Assembly: GCA_028867755.1 (NCBI GenBank)
Contig: JAGWFT010000001.1
Span: 292,727-356,726 of the forward strand
Length of the DNA: 64,000 bases
Source: Nitrososphaerota archaeon
GTDB lineage: Archaea; Thermoproteota; Nitrososphaeria; Nitrososphaerales; Nitrosopumilaceae
Direction of reading: 5' to 3'
The notes under the pieces are model-generated. The model was not told where the DNA came from. It worked only from the letters and a program-made list of their open reading frames with translations, and did no database searches. Below are positions 38,803 to 48,614 of the stretch, piece after piece (the first letter of the stretch is position 1; the number at the start of each line of letters is the position of its first letter). The translations under genes were made by a program, and so were the position numbers.

Positions 38803-39270
38803 ATGTCAGAAAAAAACAATGTTAAAGTAAACAAAATACTTTTGGCAGTTGACAAATCAGGCTACAAAGACAAGGCAACAGGATATGCTATTACATTGGC
38901 AAAATCTTTGGGCGCTGAAGTTATAGCAATTCATGTAATTGGCAGTTCATCATTGGGTGCAACCAGAGATGTCTTGGGCTATTACAGAGGCGGCAAACTG
39001 AAGGGGTATCAAGATGCGTTAAAGAAAGATGCTGAAAAATTTCTTGATAAAGTAGTGGACGTAGGAGAAAAAGAAGGTGTGACGATAAAGTCAGATGTCA
39101 TAGTAGGATCTCCTGTCAAAAAGGCGATAATAGACTATGCCAAAAAACAAAAAGTAGATCTGATCGTGATTGGATCAAGAGGTATGACCGGCATGGAAAA
39201 ATTTGTTCTGGGAGGAGTAGCTCATGCTGTTGTATCATATGCACATTGCCCTGTACTGGCTGTAAGATAA
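38803..39270 (+). CDS. Universal stress protein
   Basis: ILLAVD.S, DLIVIGSRG......LGGVA..V...AHCPVL.VR. Confidence 0.93.
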   Translation: MSEKNNVKVNKILLAVDKSGYKDKATGYAITLAKSLGAEVIAIHVIGSSSLGATRDVLGYYRGGKLKGYQDALKKDAEKFLDKVVDVGEKEGVTIKSDVIVGSPVKKAIIDYAKKQKVDLIVIGSRGMTGMEKFVLGGVAHAVVSYAHCPVLAVR

Positions 39271-39285
39271 CCTGTTGAATGATAA

Positions 39286-39302
39286 AGTTCGATTGTCGAA
39301 CT
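39286..39302. promoter_or_regulatory. GTTCGA-N3-TCGAAC palindrome, copy 3 (perfect)
   Basis: AGTTCGA-TTG-TCGAACT, overlapping the stop codon of the ParB-like gene. Confidence 0.65.
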
Positions 39303-40050
39303 AATTGAGATGCTTTATCAGGAGATTTTTGACAAAGTCTGTAACTTCTAATCCATTCTGAGATGCTTTTACGTTTAATTGATCCCACATTTTTTTGTCG
39401 AATTTCTTCTTTGGGTTGAAAACAAGACGTACAGTCAAGAGGCCTTTGGGCGCTCCGCGTTTAACCCCAGTTTTTATCATTACTTCTTGGAGTTTTCCAT
39501 CAGATACTGCATTTACTAGCTTTTCTTGAATTGCTTTTGGTTTTCTTGCTATCTGTATTGCCTCATATAGCGTAATTTCCTCACTCTCTATTGCTTGCTG
39601 CAAAGGCTCTGCCAGTGTCAAGATACTCAGCCATTCGCTAACCGTACTCTTTGAGAGTCCATATCTCCTTGATACACCTGTAATACCTGATTCAGTAGAG
39701 TCAACTAACTTTCTTACCATTCTTGCTTTTTCAAGCGGGGGAAGATCCTTCCTTATCAGGTTCTCAAATAATGATGCAGCTTCTGCTTCTGCACCTTCAA
39801 GCTCGGTTACTACTGCAGGTATCTCCCTAGTTCCCTTTGCACTCAGTGAAAGAAATCGTCTACGACCAATCAGTAGTTTGTATCTCTTACTTGCACTATC
39901 AAATCTGACAACTACTGGTTGTAGCAGCTCAAATTTTGACAAATGATCTTTGATAAGTCTGTCTCTGGTATCTTCACCAAAGGGATGATCTTTTCTGACA
40001 TTTTCATCTGCAATATCTATGAGTTTAAGCGGTATGTTCTTGATCTTCAC
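39301..40050 (-). CDS. ParB/Spo0J-like protein (CTPase domain, HTH, C-terminal dimerisation-like domain); no ParA nearby
   Basis: NVR, LLQPVVVR, LLIGRRRF (GxRR), IPAVV, SLFENLIRKDL, HTH GITGVSRRYGLSKSTVSEWL. Confidence 0.85.
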   Translation of the reverse strand: MKIKNIPLKLIDIADENVRKDHPFGEDTRDRLIKDHLSKFELLQPVVVRFDSASKRYKLLIGRRRFLSLSAKGTREIPAVVTELEGAEAEAASLFENLIRKDLPPLEKARMVRKLVDSTESGITGVSRRYGLSKSTVSEWLSILTLAEPLQQAIESEEITLYEAIQIARKPKAIQEKLVNAVSDGKLQEVMIKTGVKRGAPKGLLTVRLVFNPKKKFDKKMWDQLNVKASQNGLEVTDFVKNLLIKHLN

Positions 40051-40226
40051 AAATATTTCTTAATTAGTAAATGTATTTATGAATTTCTTTTCTTTTGTTC
40101 TAAATATTTTTTTGTTCAGGCACGATGCAATATTTACAACAAGTTTCAAGTAAAATGTAGATTACGTATCATTTTTCGGCTGTGAATCAGTAGTTTACAT
40201 TTTTTACCCCAATCTTTAAATCATTT

Positions 40227-40541
40227 TTGAAGGATCTATCTAAAACTATGGAGAGAGCGAGTATCAGGTTTGACACGAAAACTGAAGAATTTCTGAGCAA
40301 AGCGTCTGTCCTTAGTTATTACATCGCAACATACAATGCCGTAAACGGCGAATTAGGACTTGATAATGAGCCTGTCACAGTAGATGAAATATTTGATTTC
40401 ATAAATGATCTAAAACATGAGGGAGGCGCAACAAACATCCAAAATGTAACAAAAGCAGATATCTCATTAACTTTCAGAATACTGCTAAAAGCAGGGCTAG
40501 GAAGGCAAAATCCTCTCGACCTTGCTTCTCTATCAAATTAG
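40227..40541 (+). CDS. Hypothetical protein (possible winged helix)
   Basis: Clean ORF of plausible composition; ATG alternative at 40248. Confidence 0.55.
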   Translation: MKDLSKTMERASIRFDTKTEEFLSKASVLSYYIATYNAVNGELGLDNEPVTVDEIFDFINDLKHEGGATNIQNVTKADISLTFRILLKAGLGRQNPLDLASLSN

Positions 40542-40585
40542 ATAACTGACCTTACATGTTCCAGTTATGGAAAAACCGATAATCG

Positions 40586-41107
40586 CTATAATGTAAGCAT
40601 TTTTTTTGCAGAGTTGATTCTTTCGAGCAAATCTTTAAGGAAGACATCAGCAAAGTGCTCGAATGTTTTTACACCGTGCTTTGTTTCATATTCTTTTTTT
40701 CTTTGGTCATATTCTGACTTGAGCCAGGTAAAGTCTGCTTCTTTTAGATTAATAATATTGTCTCTGGAGACTGCTTTTGATTCAAACATGTTAAGCATGA
40801 AAATACTTGCAAACTTGGTGAAATTGTTTGCTCTGTATTTCTTTTCATATTTTTCCTTCAATATTTTGTAGTTCTCTTCAAACCATTCTTTAACATCGGA
40901 TCTAACTGTTAAGGAAGTGTATCTTCCAGAGAAATCGATTTTAATGTTATGCATTCCTACCGCATAATATTCTCGCTTTATTTCATTCATCATAATTATC
41001 AAAGCGCTAGGAAGAAACATTCCTGGATAATACTCGTCAGTTGCATTTTGCAGTTTAGATATGATGGCAGGCTTTAGCCCTATGGTTGCATACCCTTGAC
41101 TAGGCAT
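40586..41107 (-). CDS. Putative tandem ribbon-helix-helix-like DNA-binding protein
   Basis: Internal repeats YATIGLK.., YTSLTVRSDVKEWF..F.KFA.IF, IINLKEADFTWL..F.HFA.VF. Confidence 0.55.
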   Translation of the reverse strand: MPSQGYATIGLKPAIISKLQNATDEYYPGMFLPSALIIMMNEIKREYYAVGMHNIKIDFSGRYTSLTVRSDVKEWFEENYKILKEKYEKKYRANNFTKFASIFMLNMFESKAVSRDNIINLKEADFTWLKSEYDQRKKEYETKHGVKTFEHFADVFLKDLLERINSAKKMLTL

Positions 41108-41234
41108 GAAAACCGATCGGTAGGTTACGTTAAAAATCTTTAATTAGTATTTAAATAAAATCTGCCTTTTTGGTTTTTGTATATAGAAAATTAAATGACT
41201 AAAAAATAATTAAAAATATTATTTTACAATGGGT

Positions 41235-41489
41235 CTACAAAGGAACCATTGTATCAATCAGTCTTGAATTGGTTATGTTACCGTCTTTCATTTGAATAAC
41301 CAAATCGACTGTATGTTTCAACTTGTTCAACAGAAAAGTCACTTGTACATCCCAAGAGTCTTGAGGACCTTTTTCTGGTAATGGAAAGAGCTCTCTTATC
41401 TTGAAATCCTGGATTTCAGTGCCATAGAGTGCCTCTGTTGCTTTCTTTGAAGCTTTTTCAACGTCGTCACGTGTCTTTACTGGTGACAT
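41235..41489 (-). CDS. Hypothetical protein
   Basis: 84-aa ORF with ATG and upstream TATA-like element. Confidence 0.65.
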   Translation of the reverse strand: MSPVKTRDDVEKASKKATEALYGTEIQDFKIRELFPLPEKGPQDSWDVQVTFLLNKLKHTVDLVIQMKDGNITNSRLIDTMVPL

Positions 41490-41528
41490 ATTTTATTTTA
41501 TACTTAGTAAATATAAAAATATATTGAT

Positions 41529-41543
41529 TTTCGATTGTCGAAC
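41529..41543. promoter_or_regulatory. GTTCGA-N3-TCGAAC palindrome, copy 4
   Basis: TTTCGA-TTG-TCGAAC; the 16-mer TTCGATTGTCGAACTA is identical to 39288-39303. Confidence 0.6.
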
Positions 41544-43255
41544 TAGAACAGGTGGTATAGTCTGGTCATCGATAGTTTTTTTGACGGTTCAGTTGTAGCC
41601 AACTTTCCATCCACCAAAACTTTGTAGGTTTCAGGGTCGATCTCTATCTTAGGCAACAAATTGTTGTAAAACATATTCTTCTTGCTTATCTTTCGGCAAT
41701 TTTTGACCGGAAGTAATTTCTTTTTTAAACCTAATTTTCTTGATAAGCCATTTTGTATTGCTAGTTTTGAAGTAAAAGTTACCGAGGTAGAATATACTGC
41801 CTTTCCAAATGCGCCAAACATGGGACGATAATATACTGGCTCTGGGGTTGGAATTGATGCATTTGGGTCTCCCATAAGAGAATAGGCAACAAATCCTCCT
41901 TTAATTATGAGTCTGGGCTTTACACCAAAGAATTCAGGTGACCACATCACAATGTCAGCTAATTTACCTACTTCTAAGGAACCAACGTAGCTAGAAATTC
42001 CATGAGTTATTGCTGGGTTGATGGTAAGTTTTGCAAGATATCTTTTGACTCGAATATTGTCATTATCTCCTGTTTCTTCCCCTAGACGACCAGACATCTT
42101 TTTCATTTTGTCAGCAGTTTGCCATGCTCTGATGCCTACCTCTCCAACTCTTCCCATTGCCTGACTATCAGAAGAATACATGCTTAAAGCTCCAATATCA
42201 TGCAGAACATCTTCAGCAGCAATTGTTTCGCCTCTGATCCTAGACTCTGCAAATGCTATGTCCTCTCTTACAGACGGATTTAGGTGATGGCAAACCATCA
42301 TCATGTCAAGATGTTCCTCTAACGTGTTAACCGTAAATGGTCTTGTTGGATTTGTAGAAGAGGGAAGAATATTTTTCTCACCAGCTATTTTCATAATGTC
42401 TGGTGCATGTCCACCGCCGGCTCCTTCTGTGTGATATGTGTGAATTGTTCTTCCGCCTATTGCTCTGATTGTATCGTCAACAAAACCACATTCATTTAAT
42501 GTGTCTGTGTGGATAGCCACTTGAGTATCTGTTTTGTCTGCAACACGCAGAGCAGCATCAATAGTTGCAGGAGTAGAACCCCAATCTTCATGTAATTTCA
42601 AACCGCAAGCTCCCGCAGCAATCTGCTCCATTAGTGCAGGTTCTCTTGAGTCATTTCCTTTTCCAAGTAGCCCAAAATTTAGAGGAAACTCGTCAAGAGA
42701 CTCAAGCATTCTATGGATATTCCATGGGCCAGGTGTACATGTTGTTGCTTTAGTGCCATCAGCAGGCCCCGTACCGCCGCCAATCATAGTTGTGGTGCCA
42801 CTACAGATTGCATCTATTGCCTGTTGAGGTGCAATGAAATGAATGTGTGTATCAATTATTCCAGGAGTGCATATTGTATGCTCTCCTGCAATTACTTCTG
42901 TGTTTGCAGATATTACCATGTCTACATTGTCCATGATATTTGGATTGCCTGCTTTTCCGATACCAGCTATTTTGCCATCTTTGATGCCAATGTCCGCCTT
43001 GATGATACCAAGGACAGGATCCATGATAACGGCATTTGTTATTACTAGGTCAAGTGAATTTCTGCTAATGACACCACTTGCCTGACCCATCCCATCCCTT
43101 GCACTCTTACCTCCGCCAAAAACTATCTCATCCCCATAGGTCTGAAAGTCCTTCTCGATCTCAATTATGAGATCCGTATCGGCAAGTCTAATTTTGTCGC
43201 CCTTGGTAGGACCGTAAAGGTCAACGTATTGCTTTCTGGGAATTATTAGTGTCAT
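41543..43255 (-). CDS. ureC: Urease alpha (large catalytic) subunit
   Basis: [56 protein letters not shown]. Confidence 0.99.
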   Translation of the reverse strand: MTLIIPRKQYVDLYGPTKGDKIRLADTDLIIEIEKDFQTYGDEIVFGGGKSARDGMGQASGVISRNSLDLVITNAVIMDPVLGIIKADIGIKDGKIAGIGKAGNPNIMDNVDMVISANTEVIAGEHTICTPGIIDTHIHFIAPQQAIDAICSGTTTMIGGGTGPADGTKATTCTPGPWNIHRMLESLDEFPLNFGLLGKGNDSREPALMEQIAAGACGLKLHEDWGSTPATIDAALRVADKTDTQVAIHTDTLNECGFVDDTIRAIGGRTIHTYHTEGAGGGHAPDIMKIAGEKNILPSSTNPTRPFTVNTLEEHLDMMMVCHHLNPSVREDIAFAESRIRGETIAAEDVLHDIGALSMYSSDSQAMGRVGEVGIRAWQTADKMKKMSGRLGEETGDNDNIRVKRYLAKLTINPAITHGISSYVGSLEVGKLADIVMWSPEFFGVKPRLIIKGGFVAYSLMGDPNASIPTPEPVYYRPMFGAFGKAVYSTSVTFTSKLAIQNGLSRKLGLKKKLLPVKNCRKISKKNMFYNNLLPKIEIDPETYKVLVDGKLATTEPSKKLSMTRLYHLF

Positions 43256-43623
43256 TTTTGATCACTGTCCTTGAATCCTAGTTTTTGTGCTTTCTTGATT
43301 GCAATTTGCTTTCTGGTGGCAAGATCTCCATTGACAAGACCACTGAATCCGTATACTCTTTTCAGTCCACTGTACTCTGTAATTTCTACTTCCTTTGTGT
43401 CACCGGGCTCAAACCTCACTGATGTCCCAGCTGGGATATTTAGATGAAAACCATAAGATCTCTTTCTAGAAAATACTAGAGCCTTGTTGGTTTCAAAGAA
43501 ATGCGTGTGAGAACCTACCTGTATTGGCCTGTCTCCAGAATTGCTAACTTTGATCTTTATTGTGTTTCTGCCTTTATTTGCAATAATGGGAACATCATTT
43601 ATGAAATATTCTCCAGGGATCAT
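43252..43623 (-). CDS. ureB: Urease beta subunit
   Basis: [30 protein letters not shown]. Confidence 0.98.
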   Translation of the reverse strand: MIPGEYFINDVPIIANKGRNTIKIKVSNSGDRPIQVGSHTHFFETNKALVFSRKRSYGFHLNIPAGTSVRFEPGDTKEVEITEYSGLKRVYGFSGLVNGDLATRKQIAIKKAQKLGFKDSDQK

Positions 43624-43625
43624 AT

Positions 43626-43943
43626 CTATACGATAGGATCATGAACAGTGACAAGTTTAGTTCCGTCTTCAAATGTTGCCTCAGTCTGCACTGTCTTAAT
43701 CAACTCAGGCACTCCAGGCAAAACATCATCTCTTGCTAAAACTCTCCTTCCTGAACTCATTAGTTCTGATACTGACTTGCCGTCTCTTGCACCCTCAACT
43801 ATGTGGTCTGCAATTAGTGCCAAAGCTTCTACGTAATTAAGCTTCAAACCTCTTGCTTTTCTTCTTCGTGCAACTTCTGCTGTCATAAAAATATAGAGCT
43901 TGTCTATCTCTCTTGGAGTAAGCATCATATCTGTATCTATCAT
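43626..43943 (-). CDS. ureA: Urease gamma subunit
   Basis: [26 protein letters not shown]. Confidence 0.98.
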   Translation of the reverse strand: MIDTDMMLTPREIDKLYIFMTAEVARRRKARGLKLNYVEALALIADHIVEGARDGKSVSELMSSGRRVLARDDVLPGVPELIKTVQTEATFEDGTKLVTVHDPIV

Positions 43944-44024
43944 GACTTCTTGTATTTATTATTTATAACAAATTACTAAGACCTTGATCAAAAAATATAA
44001 TTTCATAGTTTAAGCTAGGTCATC

Positions 44025-44525
44025 ATGCTTACTATCACGTCAATAATAGGAAACATTTTTCACGACAAAGAATTGATGGACAAGTTCAAACAAATGGAAT
44101 CTCAAAAAAGATGTGAAAGGATAAAGATCTCGCGCCTTGAGTTGGAAAGAGGCAGAATTAGGAAAACAACAGACCTTGGAACCGATGTTGGTCTTGTTCT
44201 TGATTCCAGGCTTTATCATGGAGATGTCATACTGTCAGATCGGGAAAAATTCATTTTAGTTGAACAATTGCCTGAAAAAGTGATCTCCATAAAAATAAAA
44301 AGTCTAAACGATAATCCTGTTGGTCTACTTACTCTTGGCCATATTGTGGGAAACAGACACAAGCCAATCGTGATAAATAACGATGTTCTCTCATTTCCAA
44401 TCCAGGCAGATTCAGAGGCTGATGTGTTCAAGAAGCTGTTGTCTGGAATTGTGGCTAATCTTGAGTTTGATGTAGAGGAGCAGATTTTTCAACCACAACA
44501 TGGGATGTATATGCATGAGCACTAG
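44025..44525 (+). CDS. ureE: Urease accessory protein UreE
   Basis: RIRKTTD.GTDVG, HGDVI, GH.VGNRH.P; only a short terminal HGMYMHEH. Confidence 0.92.
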   Translation: MLTITSIIGNIFHDKELMDKFKQMESQKRCERIKISRLELERGRIRKTTDLGTDVGLVLDSRLYHGDVILSDREKFILVEQLPEKVISIKIKSLNDNPVGLLTLGHIVGNRHKPIVINNDVLSFPIQADSEADVFKKLLSGIVANLEFDVEEQIFQPQHGMYMHEH

Positions 44526-45216
44526 CCATGAATTTTTTTTAATGCAACTATCAGATTCTTTCTTTCCGTCCGGTATGTTTGGATTGTCTAATGGTTTAGA
44601 GTCGCTTGCAAAGCACAAGAAAATAAAAACTGATAACGATGTTCTAAATTTCATTGAACAGCAAATAGAATTTCAGCTAATACCATGTGATTGCATGATT
44701 TTTCTAATAGCAATGGATGCAGCAAAGAATGAAAATATCGAAGAACTCGTTGAAGCAGATAAAAAATTCTACTCGATGAGGCTGATAAGAGAGGCAAGAA
44801 ACACTTCTGCCAGGTCTGGTTCACAAATATTAAACTGCATAATCCAAATGGCATCTGACAAGGAAGAAAACAGAATTGCAAAGCAATTTCAAAAGAAAAT
44901 ATCGTCAAACGAAACTCCTGGAACATATCCAGTTTGTTTGGGAATAACTGCAAGCCTATTTGGAATTCCGCCTGAGAGTGGAACAAGAATGATGCTTTAT
45001 TCATTTAGCCAAAGCATTATTGCTGCAGCAATAAGACTAGGAATAATTGAGCACGTTAGCGGTCAGAAAATTCTCACGTTGCTCTCAAGCAAGATAAACA
45101 ACATCTCAAAGAATCTCAAAAAAGAACCCCTGGACAATCTCTGGCAACTGACACCCATAACAGACATTTTCCAAATGATTCATGAGCATGATAGTTCCAA
45201 GATGTTCATAACATAG
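44500..45216 (+). CDS. ureF: Urease accessory protein UreF
   Basis: LSDSFFPSG.F..S.GLE, AAAIRL, HEH..K.F.T. Confidence 0.93.
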   Translation: MGCICMSTSHEFFLMQLSDSFFPSGMFGLSNGLESLAKHKKIKTDNDVLNFIEQQIEFQLIPCDCMIFLIAMDAAKNENIEELVEADKKFYSMRLIREARNTSARSGSQILNCIIQMASDKEENRIAKQFQKKISSNETPGTYPVCLGITASLFGIPPESGTRMMLYSFSQSIIAAAIRLGIIEHVSGQKILTLLSSKINNISKNLKKEPLDNLWQLTPITDIFQMIHEHDSSKMFIT

Positions 45217-45224
45217 ATCTAAAG

Positions 45225-45899
45225 TTGTTTTTCATGTCAAAAAATAAAAAAATACCAAAAGTTGGAATCGGTGGACCGGTAGGATCAGGTAAAACTCGCC
45301 TAATAGAAAGAGTGGTGCCAGTCTTGATAGAAAAAGGCTACAGGTGCTGTATCATATCAAACGATGTCATATCAAAAGAAGATGCAGAAAGAATGCAGAG
45401 AGTGCTATCTACAGAGCTTAAAGTCATGCCTGAAAACATGATTATAGGAATAGCTACTGGAGGCTGTCCACACACTGCAATACGTGAAGACCCTACAATA
45501 AATCTGGCAGTTATTGATGAAATAGAAAAAAAAGATCCCAGCCTTGATTTGATTATCATTGAAAGTGGTGGTGATAACGTTATGACTACATTTAGCCCGG
45601 CTCTTGCAGACTATTTCATTTACATAATAGACGTGGCAGGAGGCGACAAGTATCCAAGAAAAGGTGGGTTAGGAATAGAAAGCAGTGACTTGCTTGTAAT
45701 CAACAAGATTGATTTGGCATCACATGTGGGTGCAGATCTTGCTATCATGGAAAGAGATGCAAAAAAAATTCGAGGAGAAAAGCCCTTTGTGTTTGTCAAC
45801 TGCCAGACTGGTGAGGGAATAGAACGTGTTGCTGAAAACATAATCAAGTCTATTCTGTTTGACAAAAAACCTATTGCAAAAAAGGATAGAATAAGATGA
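45225..45899 (+). CDS. ureG: Urease accessory GTPase UreG
   Basis: GGPVGSGKT, TGGCPHTAIRED, ESGGDN, NKID. Confidence 0.97.
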   Translation: MFFMSKNKKIPKVGIGGPVGSGKTRLIERVVPVLIEKGYRCCIISNDVISKEDAERMQRVLSTELKVMPENMIIGIATGGCPHTAIREDPTINLAVIDEIEKKDPSLDLIIIESGGDNVMTTFSPALADYFIYIIDVAGGDKYPRKGGLGIESSDLLVINKIDLASHVGADLAIMERDAKKIRGEKPFVFVNCQTGEGIERVAENIIKSILFDKKPIAKKDRIR

Positions 45900-46789
45900 G
45901 CTCTCACATCCCAGACATTTTCAAAAATTTTGTAAATAAGGAAATCAAAATGCCAGGACAAAATGGTACAATAAAGATAGAGATTCGATCAGACGAAAAT
46001 TCTAAAACGTACATCAAATCATTGATGTCAAAAGCTCCATTTCTGATTCAGAAAGCCATATACCCAGACTCGGGCTATCCGCAATTTGCGCATATCTACA
46101 TGATGTCATCTTCTGGAGGTATATTACAAGGTGATGAACAGAGAATTGACATCATAATGGATTCAAATTCTGCAGCAAGAATCACTAACCAATCCGCGAC
46201 TAAAATTTACAAGATGGAAGGCGGCTATGCCTCACAATACATCAACATACGCGTTAAAGAAGGAAGCTATATGGAATTTGTTCCACACCAGATAATTCCA
46301 TTCAAATCATCAAGATTCTATCAAGAGGTAAATCTTGAAGTTGACGAGAATGCAGTACTGGTATATTCTGAGATCATATCTGCAGGTCGCATAGCGTCGG
46401 GCGAAAAATATGATTTTGATCTCTGCTTTCTTCGCACTTCGGCCCATAGAAAAGATCAGGTACTCTTTACAGATGTCATGAGCCTGAACCATAAAGACAA
46501 ACCAAATCTTGAATCAGTATTTGGCGGGAAAAGCATCTTTTCTACTGTTTACATAATTGGTAGCTCTATTGCAACAGAAAAAATTGTAGATGAAATCAAT
46601 TTGGCAACAAAAAATACGTCTCTTCTAGCAAGCTGCTCATCCCTTCCATATGATTGTGGGATAATTGTGAGAATGCTTGCAGATTCTGCTTCTGAAATCA
46701 TTGTACTAACAGAATCTATAGCCAATATCTTGAGAGCTTATGTCAAGACAGAACACAAAATAGAACCTGCAATTAGCAACCATCAATAG
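45896..46789 (+). CDS. ureD: Urease accessory protein UreD/UreH
   Basis: SSSGGILQGD, TNQSATKIY, P...IPF..SRFYQ. Confidence 0.93.
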   Translation: MSSHIPDIFKNFVNKEIKMPGQNGTIKIEIRSDENSKTYIKSLMSKAPFLIQKAIYPDSGYPQFAHIYMMSSSGGILQGDEQRIDIIMDSNSAARITNQSATKIYKMEGGYASQYINIRVKEGSYMEFVPHQIIPFKSSRFYQEVNLEVDENAVLVYSEIISAGRIASGEKYDFDLCFLRTSAHRKDQVLFTDVMSLNHKDKPNLESVFGGKSIFSTVYIIGSSIATEKIVDEINLATKNTSLLASCSSLPYDCGIIVRMLADSASEIIVLTESIANILRAYVKTEHKIEPAISNHQ

Positions 46790-46883
46790 ATACAGCATAA
46801 AAATATTTTCTAATTTTTCTTGTAAAAATTTCTGGAGATTTGATGATCAGAAGTTTTATAATTACTAAATATGTCATACCTGC

Positions 46884-48581
46884 GTGGATTCTGCAAGTAA
46901 TTTGCTTGGTGAAGGGACAGAATTTTCTGTAGGCGAAGAGACTCGTAGATATAATTTACTTGCAGGAAAATTAATTGCAGATCTCATCAAGACATCGTTT
47001 GGACCACGAGGATTTGAAAAAATGTACATTGATCTTCTGGGCGAGGTCACTTTGAGCAAGAATGGCTCTACCATATTGCGCAAGATCGATGTTGACCATC
47101 CAGCTGCTAAGGTAATGATAGATGCATCAAATTCCGTTGATAATGAGGTAGGCGACGGAACAATATCTGTAGTTGTTCTGACCGGTTCTCTTCTTGAAAA
47201 AGCAGAAAAAATGCTGGATTCAGGAATCTCCCCTTCAACCATTGAAGCAGGATACAAGGAGGCTGCCGAGATGGCACTAAACATTGTAAGATCAATTGCA
47301 AAATCACCAAGCTATAAGGATAAAGAAGTGATGGCCAAGCTAGCTGAAACATGTCTGAGCTCAAAAGCAATTTCCATTTTATGTGAAAGTAAATCTGTAT
47401 CAGAGCTAGTCACTGAAGCCTTTTGTACGATAGCAGATTTTGCAAACAGAAAAGTTGAAACAGATGATATCAAGATAGAAGAAAAACCAGGCAATACAGC
47501 AGACATTGAACTAGTTAGAGGAGTAGTCATTGACAAGACAATCGATAATTCTGCCATGCCTAGGATGATAGAGAATGCAAAGATCCTTCTAATTAATCAT
47601 GAACTTGACAATGAAAGAACAAAGACTGATGCAGAAATCACAATCAACTCCCCAGAAGAAATGCAGGCATACATTTCAAGAGAAAGCAAAGATGTAAAGG
47701 AAAAAACCCAGAAGATAATTGATTCAGGCGCAAATGTTGTAATTTCTCAGAAGGGAATTAGTCTGCTGGCTCAGCATTATCTATCGCGTGCAAACATAAT
47801 CTCTCTTCGCAGGGTAAAGGAAAATGATCTCCACTGGCTCAAGAAGGCAGTGGGCAGTGAGATAACAAATGATCTAGATAACATAACTGAACAACACCTG
47901 GGCTTTGCAGGCAAGGTCTATGAAAAATTTATCGGCGATGATAAAATGGTGTTTGTAGAAAAGTGTAAAAATCCAAAATCAGTCACTATATTATTACGAG
48001 CAAATTCCAAGAGGTTGCTAGATGAATATCATCGTACGGTGCTTGATGCTATCGCAGTTCTAAAAGACTTTTTTATCAATCCATCAATAGTGGCAGGCGG
48101 AGGTTCAACTGAAACAATTATTGCAGGTGAACTACGAAAAAGATCGCTTTCTATAGAAGGCAAGGAACAGACTGTGATTCAAAATTTTGCCGAGGCTCTT
48201 GAGGAAATTCCATTAACAATAGCCAGAAATTCTGGAATGAATGTAATTGACACGCTTGTTCAGCTAAGAAGCAAGAATGCTCAATACAATAATGGAACAA
48301 TTCACTCTTGGTACGGCGTAGATGCAATCGAGAGAAAAGTAAAAGAAATGTATTCTCAAGATATCATTGAGCCGCTTGTAGTCAAAGAACAAGTAATAAA
48401 GACAGCATCAGAGGTTGCATCACTACTTTTGCGCGTAGATGAAGTCGTTATGAAACAACCTGTAATGTATACACATACCCATGCAAATGGTACTAAACAC
48501 TCGCACAAAAAAGGAAACACACCACATGATCACTTTGACAATCTTGGAAAGATGCAGAGACCTTCGCATCATTATTACTGA
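46884..48581 (+). CDS. Divergent group II chaperonin (thermosome) subunit with His-rich C-terminal tail
   Basis: SFGPRG, EVGDGT, ISQKGI, AGGGS.E, LEEIP; tail HTHANGTKHSHKKGNTPHDH...HHYY. Confidence 0.92.
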   Translation: MDSASNLLGEGTEFSVGEETRRYNLLAGKLIADLIKTSFGPRGFEKMYIDLLGEVTLSKNGSTILRKIDVDHPAAKVMIDASNSVDNEVGDGTISVVVLTGSLLEKAEKMLDSGISPSTIEAGYKEAAEMALNIVRSIAKSPSYKDKEVMAKLAETCLSSKAISILCESKSVSELVTEAFCTIADFANRKVETDDIKIEEKPGNTADIELVRGVVIDKTIDNSAMPRMIENAKILLINHELDNERTKTDAEITINSPEEMQAYISRESKDVKEKTQKIIDSGANVVISQKGISLLAQHYLSRANIISLRRVKENDLHWLKKAVGSEITNDLDNITEQHLGFAGKVYEKFIGDDKMVFVEKCKNPKSVTILLRANSKRLLDEYHRTVLDAIAVLKDFFINPSIVAGGGSTETIIAGELRKRSLSIEGKEQTVIQNFAEALEEIPLTIARNSGMNVIDTLVQLRSKNAQYNNGTIHSWYGVDAIERKVKEMYSQDIIEPLVVKEQVIKTASEVASLLLRVDEVVMKQPVMYTHTHANGTKHSHKKGNTPHDHFDNLGKMQRPSHHYY

Positions 48582-48614
48582 TTGGATAATGTTTTACTGT
48601 TGTTAGAGTTTCAG

